Shown: piece after piece, positions 47,134-55,349 of the stretch | How positions within the stretch are numbered: the first letter of the stretch is position 1 | How the letters are laid out: the number at the start of each line of letters is the position of its first letter | IMG/VR virus record: IMGVR_UViG_3300027754_000089 | Span: 1-62,891 of that record | From: a virus | Taxonomy: Duplodnaviria; Caudoviricetes | Reading direction: 5' to 3' (one strand) | DNA length: 62,891 nucleotides | The notes under the pieces: generated by a model | The model's input: only the letters and a program-made list of their open reading frames with translations | Told to the model about the DNA's origin: nothing | Databases searched by the model: none | Translations under genes and position numbers: made by a program

Positions 47134-47505
47134 ATGCCTAAATTTAACTTCACACCTGTTCAACAAGTCTTCGCTGATGCTGAAAACGATTCTCTGTCTT
47201 ACATGGATAGGTTACTCACACTTGGTATCGCTACCAAGGCTGAGGCTAAGCCACACGCAATGAGCTACGCATCGATCAGGTATGGTGCAAAGATCACAGA
47301 GGGACGTCAGGGCAACGTGTTGCCAAGAAACTCAGATGCTGAGCGTGCGATGTATCGGGTGCTTGCCTTGTGCTTTCCCAGTGCTGACAAACCTGTCAGC
47401 AGTCAGCAAGCCGTTGCCAAGAAGACAGACGAGGTAGCTAAGCTCATCAAGGCTTACGCCAAGTTAACTGGTGCTGAGAAGCGCCGTTTCAAGTCATCTA
47501 TCTGA
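47134..47505 (+). CDS. First early protein, hypothetical
   Basis: GGAG RBS, ATG at 47134. Confidence 0.7.
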   Translation: MPKFNFTPVQQVFADAENDSLSYMDRLLTLGIATKAEAKPHAMSYASIRYGAKITEGRQGNVLPRNSDAERAMYRVLALCFPSADKPVSSQQAVAKKTDEVAKLIKAYAKLTGAEKRRFKSSI

Positions 47506-47581
47506 TGCGTTTTTTCAGTCAGGCGTGCGGGGTGATCTCGCACGTTGTTTCTTTTCATGTCAAACCTAGGAGATATAAACC

Positions 47582-47806
47582 ATGAATGAATACGCACACT
47601 ACCAAGCCCAATACGCTCAAGAGCAATCTGAGAGCGATGCGCTTAATGACTGGCTTGGCTTTCCCAGAGTGGACAAAGCCCACGCCAAGGTCATTGAACG
47701 GCAACTCAATAGAAACCGCCCATCTTGGAAACAAGTACAAGAGCGGTTCTCTTTTGAGGTTGCTTGCGCTAAGTACGAAGAAGCCCTAAAGGGCAAACGC
47801 TATTAA
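47582..47806 (+). CDS. Early hypothetical protein
   Basis: AGGAG RBS. Confidence 0.65.
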   Translation: MNEYAHYQAQYAQEQSESDALNDWLGFPRVDKAHAKVIERQLNRNRPSWKQVQERFSFEVACAKYEEALKGKRY

Positions 47807-47874
47807 GACAACCTAGCCTAATGCTCGCAAGAGCATTGGGGTGCGCTGTTGCACCTTAACTAAGGAGAATCTAA

Positions 47875-48036
47875 ATGAACCATGCTTACCTGTTGAACAG
47901 TAGCTACCCTGCAATCCTACTCATCCTCATGCTGTGCGCTGAACCACAGCCCTTGTGGGATGTAATCGAACCGCTCCATGACGATCTCACCGATGCGGAA
48001 ATTGACGAACTCAACCTAATCTATTCAGGAGAATAA
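47875..48036 (+). CDS. 53-aa early protein (not in ORF track)
   Basis: AAGGAG RBS; MNHAYLLNSSYPAILLILMLCAE...IYSGE. Confidence 0.6.
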   Translation: MNHAYLLNSSYPAILLILMLCAEPQPLWDVIEPLHDDLTDAEIDELNLIYSGE

Positions 48037-48038
48037 CC

Positions 48039-48221
48039 ATGTCAGCTAAAGTAATTCTTAGCGAGATCTTCCTCGCAGTCGCTCTCACTCAGTCCATCAT
48101 TTTCTTTGGTGGTTTCCTATGGGAAACATCAGGCTTGCTTTGGGTATTTATACCCATAGGTTCAGCCTTCATCTTAGGTATGCAGATCACCCGCCTTTTC
48201 TTTATCTACACAGGAGAATAA
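48039..48221 (+). CDS. Two-TM early membrane protein
   Basis: AGGAG RBS; two hydrophobic helices. Confidence 0.65.
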   Translation: MSAKVILSEIFLAVALTQSIIFFGGFLWETSGLLWVFIPIGSAFILGMQITRLFFIYTGE

Positions 48222-48223
48222 CC

Positions 48224-48412
48224 ATGCCCAAGAATATCAAAGCCCAATGGCAACAACTCAAGCGTGACCTACGCTACGCTGACGAACTCTACAAGAGAAG
48301 CGATGACGCCTACGCCAAGCACAAGAAACAACTGCAAGCCGAGACCAAGGCAAGCATGGACGAATGGCGCTCAATCAAAGGCGAGTGCCGTCAGCTTCGC
48401 CTCTTCAAATGA
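48224..48412 (+). CDS. Early hypothetical protein
   Basis: AGGAG RBS before ATG 48224. Confidence 0.65.
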   Translation: MPKNIKAQWQQLKRDLRYADELYKRSDDAYAKHKKQLQAETKASMDEWRSIKGECRQLRLFK

Positions 48413-48534
48413 CTGCTGACAATCTGTCAGCACTCACTTCTCCACAACACGTTGTGGAGAAGTACAAAAGTGTTGCTAAAAAACACAGACCCACGTGTAT
48501 CGAAACATTGACCTACGCGTGGGTCATCTACAAC

Positions 48535-48725
48535 CCGCATGGATCCTAGCGATGACCCAATACCCAGCCCACAACACTATATATATAATTAAAGAAAAAA
48601 GATTTATATATATATATACACATGCAACTGGGTGTCCTTTTCTTTGTTTGTCTAAATAATTGAGGCTATTTGGAAATTGGCATTCATATCAGGACAACCC
48701 CGTAGTAAACGTAGCATTCATGCGG
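48535..48725. other. Candidate replication origin
   Basis: Non-coding (TA)n-rich tract 48578-48618 flanked by inverted 14-bp repeats. Confidence 0.4.
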
Positions 48726-48807
48726 TATACTGGCATGACCACGAGCACGGCAAGCGCTCGATAATGGTGGGTATTTGACCGATTCAAGTGGGTATGCGGA
48801 GGCAAAA

Positions 48808-49437
48808 ATGACACAAAAACGATGCAAAAAGTGTGGCGAGGACAAACCCCTCGCTGATTTCAAACGACAGCTATCACGTGCTCAAGCACTAGCGAAAGGA
48901 TACAAAGGAGATTTCTTGGTGACCATCGAGTCCTCGATGTGCAAGCCATGCCAACCACGCAAACGCAAGCTGACCGAACTCAGCGCTAAAGAACTGCAAA
49001 ACAAAGTGACGAGTGGTGACATCAGCGAACTGGACAAGCGACTCATCCTAGAAAAAAGAAACGCAGAAACACCCGTCAAGCGGGCGATGAGCACACGCAA
49101 ACGATGGTTGAAAGAATGGGGCGCCGAACTTTACGAGTTACTCAAACCCATGCAAGACGAGATCGAATCAGTCGAACGCCAATGTAGATACGCAAGGGTT
49201 GGAAAGCACGAAGAGCAAGTCGTTTTCTTTGAGTGGTACGCGCAGACCTTACGGCAACAGAAAGCCAAGATCGAATTGGAATACGAGAAGAACCCACGCC
49301 GAGTGACTACCTCAAGGTTCGATGAACTACTAGACCCTGAGCTAACCTCAGATGTGCGTGAGGGATGGCGAGCCATACCCTTGGATGAACGCATGAGATT
49401 GAAACAACCCGCCTTGGTCTTGTTCCGAGGCAAATAA
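48808..49437 (+). CDS. Early protein with N-terminal Cys4 Zn finger
   Basis: GGAGG RBS; CKKC...CKPC. Confidence 0.7.
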   Translation: MTQKRCKKCGEDKPLADFKRQLSRAQALAKGYKGDFLVTIESSMCKPCQPRKRKLTELSAKELQNKVTSGDISELDKRLILEKRNAETPVKRAMSTRKRWLKEWGAELYELLKPMQDEIESVERQCRYARVGKHEEQVVFFEWYAQTLRQQKAKIELEYEKNPRRVTTSRFDELLDPELTSDVREGWRAIPLDERMRLKQPALVLFRGK

Positions 49438-49522
49438 GAATCTGAGTGCTGACACGTTGTCAGCACTGGATAGCCCCCTTGCTTGTCAAGGGTTTTTGTA
49501 AACGTAGATAGGAGAATGAAGA

Positions 49523-49780
49523 ATGAAATATTACATCGGAGAAATACATGAGCGCAATGGTGACATGGAGTACGACACCAAGTATTTGTTTAAGACAAGG
49601 AGCGACCCTGACAAGTACACCGAAAAGGTGGCTATGGAATGGCGCGGTAGTGACAAAAGTGATTGGGATGAGCAAGAGAGTGGGTATTGGTCTGACTGCT
49701 CTTTGATCTTTGACCACGGCAGTAACGAGATACCCAAAGAAGATTTTGTGGTGTTGAAAAAGTATTTATCAGTTCTTTAA
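49523..49780 (+). CDS. Early hypothetical protein
   Basis: AGGAG RBS. Confidence 0.65.
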   Translation: MKYYIGEIHERNGDMEYDTKYLFKTRSDPDKYTEKVAMEWRGSDKSDWDEQESGYWSDCSLIFDHGSNEIPKEDFVVLKKYLSVL

Positions 49781-49792
49781 AGGAGAAACAAA

Positions 49793-50038
49793 ATGATTAA
49801 AAGACCATCACCTAAAAGCATACGCAAAGCATTTGCTGAACATTTAACCGTTGACGTAAAGGGATACGAACAAACGGTTTGGGATATTTTGAATTGGGTA
49901 GGTATCGAGGATGTGATTTTGTTTTTGCAAGACTATGTGCATCAGGGGGATTCTAGTGTTGGGGTGCATATTGATTACGAACACATGATTACACATGACC
50001 TTGAGGAATCAATTAAACAATTAGGAGAAACAAAATGA
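49793..50038 (+). CDS. Early hypothetical protein
   Basis: AAGGAG RBS. Confidence 0.65.
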   Translation: MIKRPSPKSIRKAFAEHLTVDVKGYEQTVWDILNWVGIEDVILFLQDYVHQGDSSVGVHIDYEHMITHDLEESIKQLGETK

Positions 50039-50208
50039 AAGCATGGAAAGGCGTAGTAGTAACTACATATCAGGAAAAACTAACAGTACTGGCTGACACG
50101 AAAGAAGAAGCCGAGTTACTTATGTATGACCGAGCGAATCCTATGGGGGATAGCGTAAGTGGTGAGATGGAAGTGTATGACTTAGTTGAAATGGGAGAAA
50201 GCAAATGA
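50035..50208 (+). CDS. 57-aa early protein (not in ORF track)
   Basis: AGGAG RBS; ATGA overlaps at both ends. Confidence 0.65.
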   Translation: MKAWKGVVVTTYQEKLTVLADTKEEAELLMYDRANPMGDSVSGEMEVYDLVEMGESK

Positions 50209-50585
50209 GCAAAACCAAGTCAGCCATTTATTGGCGGGACATCAAGTCCGAAGGCGAGATCAATGGGCGCTGGGTTATCGAAGCGAGAGACGGCACTTTG
50301 GTTGCCGACCATGCGCCAGTTGACACAGACGAGAGTCTGACATTCACCGCACCCAACGGCAAACGCTACTGGGACACAACGACCCACTCACAGTGGACAC
50401 CAAGAACAGTAGAAATCGACATCAAGAAACTAACAGAGGAGGCAGTCAACCACATGGAGAGCGTAGAAGATGTGCGTTGGTCTGTGGGTATGGCACTTCA
50501 AGAATTGTACGGAGACGAGTTTGTTTACGCCATGCAAATTGAATTGGGAAAAAAGTATTTACAACACACAGGAGGTAAGAAATGA
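50205..50585 (+). CDS. Early hypothetical protein
   Basis: GGGAG RBS; coupled. Confidence 0.65.
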   Translation: MSKTKSAIYWRDIKSEGEINGRWVIEARDGTLVADHAPVDTDESLTFTAPNGKRYWDTTTHSQWTPRTVEIDIKKLTEEAVNHMESVEDVRWSVGMALQELYGDEFVYAMQIELGKKYLQHTGGKK

Positions 50586-50761
50586 AATGCAATCACACAA
50601 GAGAAGAATCATGGTGGGTGCATGATGGACAGGGCATCCCATTAGCTCGGGTCTGTGACAAGTGCATCGATGAGGTGCTTTCAAAATACAACCCTGTAGT
50701 TTTGGGTCACTACACCCAAGCAGACATTGATGAACCAATTGAGGAGAAAGAAAATGAATAG
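50582..50761 (+). CDS. 59-aa early protein, Cys/His-containing
   Basis: AGGAGG RBS; CNH...CDKC. Confidence 0.6.
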   Translation: MKCNHTREESWWVHDGQGIPLARVCDKCIDEVLSKYNPVVLGHYTQADIDEPIEEKENE

Positions 50762-50906
50762 CAATTTACTAGACGAGTACTGCAAGCTAGAGTACGGACA
50801 CACCGATTGGGAGGTGACGTACAAAGACGGCAACGCCCACATCACCATGTATGCGACACCAAGAGAGGGCTATGAGCCCGAGGAGATCGAAGATGAAATT
50901 GAGTAA
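50754..50906 (+). CDS. 50-aa acidic early protein
   Basis: GAGGAG RBS. Confidence 0.55.
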   Translation: MNSNLLDEYCKLEYGHTDWEVTYKDGNAHITMYATPREGYEPEEIEDEIE

Positions 50907-50985
50907 GACAGAAATCATTTATCGGGTAGTCGTATTGACTGCGCTGATAGTGTTGGCGCTAGACCTTTTGGTATGGCGCCCTTGA
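50893..50985 (+). CDS. 30-aa single-TM peptide
   Basis: GAGGAG RBS; MKLSKTEIIYRVVVLTALIVLALDLLVWRP. Confidence 0.55.
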   Translation: MKLSKTEIIYRVVVLTALIVLALDLLVWRP

Positions 50986-51054
50986 GGGGAGAGGAGAGAG
51001 AACGGTCATGTTCTCTCTCATGGCTTTTTATTTTTAACTTTAGGAGATTATCAA

Positions 51055-51459
51055 ATGAACGACGCAATCAATTTAGACTTCATCAACGCACTCACCAAGG
51101 TGCTCAGCAATTACATCGACCAACAAGTCGATAAGAAAGTGGGCGAGGTGTTGGCATCAAGCGCAACCATGAAAGAGATCGATGAAAGCTTTGAGAAACG
51201 TATTTTGGAACTCACCAAAGAATCCATGCTTGAGGCAATCGATGAACACTGCGCTAACGAAGAGCACAAAGATGACGATGACATCGAGAGCGTGGTCAGT
51301 GACCATGACTTCAGCGATCAAGTGTACGAGGCGGTCAACGATGCGGTCAATGACCATGATTTCAGCGATGCCATCAACGCGGCGCTCGCTGACTATGATC
51401 TAAGCGATCACGTGCGCTCAGCAATGGCGTCAATGCAATTCAAAGTGTCAGTAGAGTAA
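51055..51459 (+). CDS. Highly acidic early protein with internal DHDFSD repeats
   Basis: AGGAG RBS; composition. Confidence 0.7.
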   Translation: MNDAINLDFINALTKVLSNYIDQQVDKKVGEVLASSATMKEIDESFEKRILELTKESMLEAIDEHCANEEHKDDDDIESVVSDHDFSDQVYEAVNDAVNDHDFSDAINAALADYDLSDHVRSAMASMQFKVSVE

Positions 51460-51519
51460 GTAGAGAGTCGAGTGCTGACACGTTGTCAGCACTCATTTAA
51501 TTAACCAAGGAGAAATCAA

Positions 51520-51906
51520 ATGGGATATAGATCAGATGTAACAGGCATCATCAAATTCAAGACACACGAAGACAGAGAGAAGTTTGTACTCATGGTGCGA
51601 GCACGCAACGATGACATGTACACGATGTGCTTCAGCAACCAAGACGAAGCTAACAACTGGAACCACGACTACAGACACGAACCCATAATGACATTCCAAT
51701 TCATAGACGTCAAATGGTATTCAGACTTCCCCGATGTTAAAACGCACTACGCTTTGTGTGAGTACGCCATTGAGACATTCAACGCTGAGTGGCTCATTGT
51801 GCAGATAGGTGAAGACGGCGCAACAGAAGAGGAGGGTAGCGATGACCATGAATTAGCAGACTACATTCGAGTAGTACACAACATTGAAACACATTTCGGT
51901 AACTAA
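51520..51906 (+). CDS. Early hypothetical protein
   Basis: MGYRSDV...DVKWY...IGED. Confidence 0.7.
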   Translation: MGYRSDVTGIIKFKTHEDREKFVLMVRARNDDMYTMCFSNQDEANNWNHDYRHEPIMTFQFIDVKWYSDFPDVKTHYALCEYAIETFNAEWLIVQIGEDGATEEEGSDDHELADYIRVVHNIETHFGN

Positions 51907-51921
51907 ACAAGGAGAAATCAA

Positions 51922-52911
51922 ATGGGATATTCAACATCATCCAATCAACTGCAATCAATCGGTTCTTTCGCACGAGCCAAGAGCTACTTCGAGAGTCAAC
52001 CCGCACGCAGAGGTAGCAAGTGGCTAGCGCATCAACGCCCACTAAGGGCAGACAAGGGAGGCGCTAGACTGCATCACTATCGCATAGAGAAACAGATTGA
52101 CGAGAAGTACTATGACATCGTACTCTACAGCACAGTGATGGCTAGGTTCTATGCACCCGAGGCTAGCGGTGCCGAGCGCCGTCTTTATATGGGGGATCAA
52201 ACGCAAACGAGTCAGCAGTTCATGTCCAACGTGCTGAACAAACGCGAAGTCAACTATGCGACACCCGTAGGTAGCGACGACGATCACACCATCATGCCCA
52301 TATATCACAAGCCATGCCAAGACATCAGTGAGGATAAGCCGTTCAGCTTGGAGGTATACGTTGTGGACGACAAGATCGACATCAGTAGGTCAAGGCATAC
52401 GCCACACTATGTGCATCGCGCAAGCAAGGATGACAGGCAACACAAAGCCAATACGCTCAAGCACTTCGATACGTTTGTGTTGATGGCAATGATGCGCTTG
52501 CCTGAGTACGAGAACAATGTGACGATAGACTACTCTAAGGGTAGAGCGTTCGGCGGTGATCCCATCGGACACTCAGACAGATCTTTGATGCAGAGGATGC
52601 TCATGGCAGAGCCATCGCAAGAAGAGATCGAGCAGTTCTTCCAGTTCGGTCAAGCCGTCTTCGATGTATTGGCAAGCAAGCGCGGTGTAAAGCAACAGAA
52701 CTTCACAGTAACACGTAGGTGGTACACCAACCAACAACAATCAAGCACGTACGCTCAGCTTGAGAAGAAGATCACGCCCGAGGAGTTCCGCAAGTCGTTT
52801 CACAATAAGATCGCCGAGGCGCTACAACTCGGGGCTAAGTCAACGAAGATAGAGATTCCACAATTCGTTGCTGTAAGAGATTATCCTAGGACGGCTATCC
52901 GCCTAGGGTAA
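51922..52911 (+). CDS. Early hypothetical protein
   Basis: AAGGAG RBS; 329-aa ORF. Confidence 0.75.
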   Translation: MGYSTSSNQLQSIGSFARAKSYFESQPARRGSKWLAHQRPLRADKGGARLHHYRIEKQIDEKYYDIVLYSTVMARFYAPEASGAERRLYMGDQTQTSQQFMSNVLNKREVNYATPVGSDDDHTIMPIYHKPCQDISEDKPFSLEVYVVDDKIDISRSRHTPHYVHRASKDDRQHKANTLKHFDTFVLMAMMRLPEYENNVTIDYSKGRAFGGDPIGHSDRSLMQRMLMAEPSQEEIEQFFQFGQAVFDVLASKRGVKQQNFTVTRRWYTNQQQSSTYAQLEKKITPEEFRKSFHNKIAEALQLGAKSTKIEIPQFVAVRDYPRTAIRLG

Positions 52912-52917
52912 ACGAGG

Positions 52918-52950
52918 GGGTTGTCAATGCTTTGACAACCCTGTTATAAT
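52918..52950 (+). promoter_or_regulatory. Promoter overlapped by palindromic operator
   Basis: GGGTTGTCAA-TGCT-TTGACAACCC then extended -10 TGTTATAAT. Confidence 0.7.
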
Positions 52951-52985
52951 GAAAGAAAAAAACTTAACACAAAGAGGAGTTTAAT

Positions 52986-54182
52986 ATGACGTTTGAAAAG
53001 ATGACGCTTAATCAGCGTATACAAGCAGTTAACATTGACTGCATGAGGCACCCCAAGTTTGCACTACTCAGTGGTGTGATCTGCATGGGCAAGTCCGAGG
53101 TTAGCGAGAAGACCAGAACCGCATCAACCAATGGACGCGACAAGAAGTATGGCGTGGATTTCATCACGCCTCTCAACCGCAAGCAGTTGCGCTATCTCGT
53201 TCTTCACGAGAACTTTCACGTAGCTCTCAAGCATTGCACACTACACAAGGCAACATCGAGTAAGTATCCCAAGCTTACCAACGTGGCTCACGACTATGTG
53301 GTCAATGCGCTCATCGAGGAGATGGATCCTAACTTCCAGTTCATTGAGCGTCCTACATCTACCTTACTCATTGACCGCAAGTACTTCGGTTGGTCGTTCC
53401 CTCAAGTCTTCAATGATCTGATTGCTCAAGGTCGCAAGGAACCCGAGGATGGTGAGGGCGATGGCGGTGACGATGGACATGACCCCGAGCCCATCGATGC
53501 ACACGAGGACGGCGAGTTCGCACCCGAGGAGATCGAGAAGATCGACAAGCAAGTGGACGATGCGAATCGTCAAGGCGAGATGCTTGCACGCAAGATGGCG
53601 GGCAAAGAGGCGGGCGGTCGTGACATCTTCGGTTATGCCAAGGAACGTATGACCGACTGGCGTACGGCATTGCAAGACTTCATCGCTACGATCTCAGTAG
53701 GTGACGATCAGTCAAGGTTCTGTCCTCCCAACAAGCGCTTGCTCGCAAGCGGGTTCATCATGCCGTCCCACTTCACCGAGTCCATTGGTGAGATCATCAT
53801 CGCGGCTGACACATCGGGCTCCATGTATCCTTACTACAGCACGTTGTTTGGAGAGATCGCTCGCATCTGCACACTCACTAAGCCTGAGAAGGTTCGCATC
53901 ATATGGTGGGACACTGCTGTATGCGGTGAGCAAGTGTTCAAGCAAGGTGACTACGATCAGATCGGTACCGCGCTACGTCCTCAAGGCGGGGGCGGGACTA
54001 CTCCGCACGTTGTAGTTGATTACATCAGAGACAAGAAGATCGACGCCAAGGCAATCGTTTGGTTATCAGACGGCTACCTCGGTTGCGATACACCAGTTAC
54101 TCCCATGCCATCTTTGTGGGGTATCGTAGAGAACGACTCGTTCGTTCCTACGCATGGCAAAGTGTTACACATCAATCTTTAA
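52986..54182 (+). CDS. Metallopeptidase plus vWA domain protein (DUF2201-like)
   Basis: LHENFH HExxH; DTSGS MIDAS; GGGT; LSDG. Confidence 0.85.
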   Translation: MTFEKMTLNQRIQAVNIDCMRHPKFALLSGVICMGKSEVSEKTRTASTNGRDKKYGVDFITPLNRKQLRYLVLHENFHVALKHCTLHKATSSKYPKLTNVAHDYVVNALIEEMDPNFQFIERPTSTLLIDRKYFGWSFPQVFNDLIAQGRKEPEDGEGDGGDDGHDPEPIDAHEDGEFAPEEIEKIDKQVDDANRQGEMLARKMAGKEAGGRDIFGYAKERMTDWRTALQDFIATISVGDDQSRFCPPNKRLLASGFIMPSHFTESIGEIIIAADTSGSMYPYYSTLFGEIARICTLTKPEKVRIIWWDTAVCGEQVFKQGDYDQIGTALRPQGGGGTTPHVVVDYIRDKKIDAKAIVWLSDGYLGCDTPVTPMPSLWGIVENDSFVPTHGKVLHINL

Positions 54183-54206
54183 TTCATTAACTCAGGAGAT
54201 ATTCAC

Positions 54207-55331
54207 ATGTCACAATATTTATCATTCACACAAGTTCAGTCCCTCATCGCTAACGTGGGTCACAAGCGCACCATCCTCGTGGAGGGCGAGAACGGCATCG
54301 GCAAGACTGCCCTCTTCCATGCCATCAAGCGTATGCCTCAGTTTGCCAATCACATTGCAGTTGACCCAGTTGATTGCACTCAGTTGTCCGATGGTTCAGT
54401 ATGGATGCCTGACCTTGATCGTGAGAACGGCGTGTCACGCGAGTTACCCAACGAGCGGTTCGGCGTATCGAAGACCAATCAGCTAGGTGTCAATGGTAGC
54501 AAGCCTATCCTCGTGATGCTTGATGAGATTGCCAAGGCTCCACAGTTCATCAAGAACGTGCTCGCTCCAATCATCTACGAGAGACGCGTTGGTGCATACC
54601 ACTTCGTTGAGGGTAGCGTGGTGTTCATGGGTACGAACCTTGCCATCGAGGGTCTAGGCGATTCGATCCAAGCACATCTGCGCAATCGTCTTGTGTTCGT
54701 TAAGATGCGCAAGTCAACGTCAGAGGAGTGGGTCAAGTGGGCAACCGATGCGGGGGTCAATCCTACTGTGATCGCGTTCGTTGCCAACGAGCCTCGTGTT
54801 ATGGAGTCATTCATTGACTACGAGAAGGGCGGTAAGTATGAGGGCAAAACGCTATCGAAAGAGAACGGCATGATCTTCAATCCCAAGTCCATGCAACTCG
54901 CGTATGCTACGCCTCGCTCCTTGGTCGCGGCGGGTGACATCCTTGATACGTGCCTCGGCAATGTCGATGACGATACGCTTGAGGAAGCTTTGGTTGGTGC
55001 AATAGGCGAGGTGACTGCGCGTGCGATGGCATCGTTCGTTCGCTTTGGTCAAGACATCTGTGAGTATTCACGTGTGATCGCTGACCCTGACAAGGCCCCT
55101 CTGTCTGACAATCCTACTGCTCAGTTGATTCAAGTCTTCCAGTTCGTATCTCGTGCATCGAATCGTACCGAGGCTGAGGCAATCGTCAAGTACGTATGGC
55201 GTATGCGTGCAGAGATGCAATCGATCTTCTGCAATACAGTTAGTTCGTCCCAACGTGCGGGGCTTTTCGCAACCATCAGTGAGTTCGGTCGCATGTTGAC
55301 TGCTCACAAAATCTTTTTCACAACCAAGTAA
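54207..55331 (+). CDS. MoxR-like AAA+ ATPase
   Basis: GENGIGKT Walker A, MLDE Walker B, LRNR, TPRS. Confidence 0.85.
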   Translation: MSQYLSFTQVQSLIANVGHKRTILVEGENGIGKTALFHAIKRMPQFANHIAVDPVDCTQLSDGSVWMPDLDRENGVSRELPNERFGVSKTNQLGVNGSKPILVMLDEIAKAPQFIKNVLAPIIYERRVGAYHFVEGSVVFMGTNLAIEGLGDSIQAHLRNRLVFVKMRKSTSEEWVKWATDAGVNPTVIAFVANEPRVMESFIDYEKGGKYEGKTLSKENGMIFNPKSMQLAYATPRSLVAAGDILDTCLGNVDDDTLEEALVGAIGEVTARAMASFVRFGQDICEYSRVIADPDKAPLSDNPTAQLIQVFQFVSRASNRTEAEAIVKYVWRMRAEMQSIFCNTVSSSQRAGLFATISEFGRMLTAHKIFFTTK

Positions 55332-55349
55332 TCTAAGGAGATATTCACT

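Noticed and set aside
47382-51494. Palindromic repeats as a CRISPR array or integron attC sites
   Set aside because: Spacing is 1-2 kb with whole genes between; no cas operon or integron integrase; no attC core-site structure
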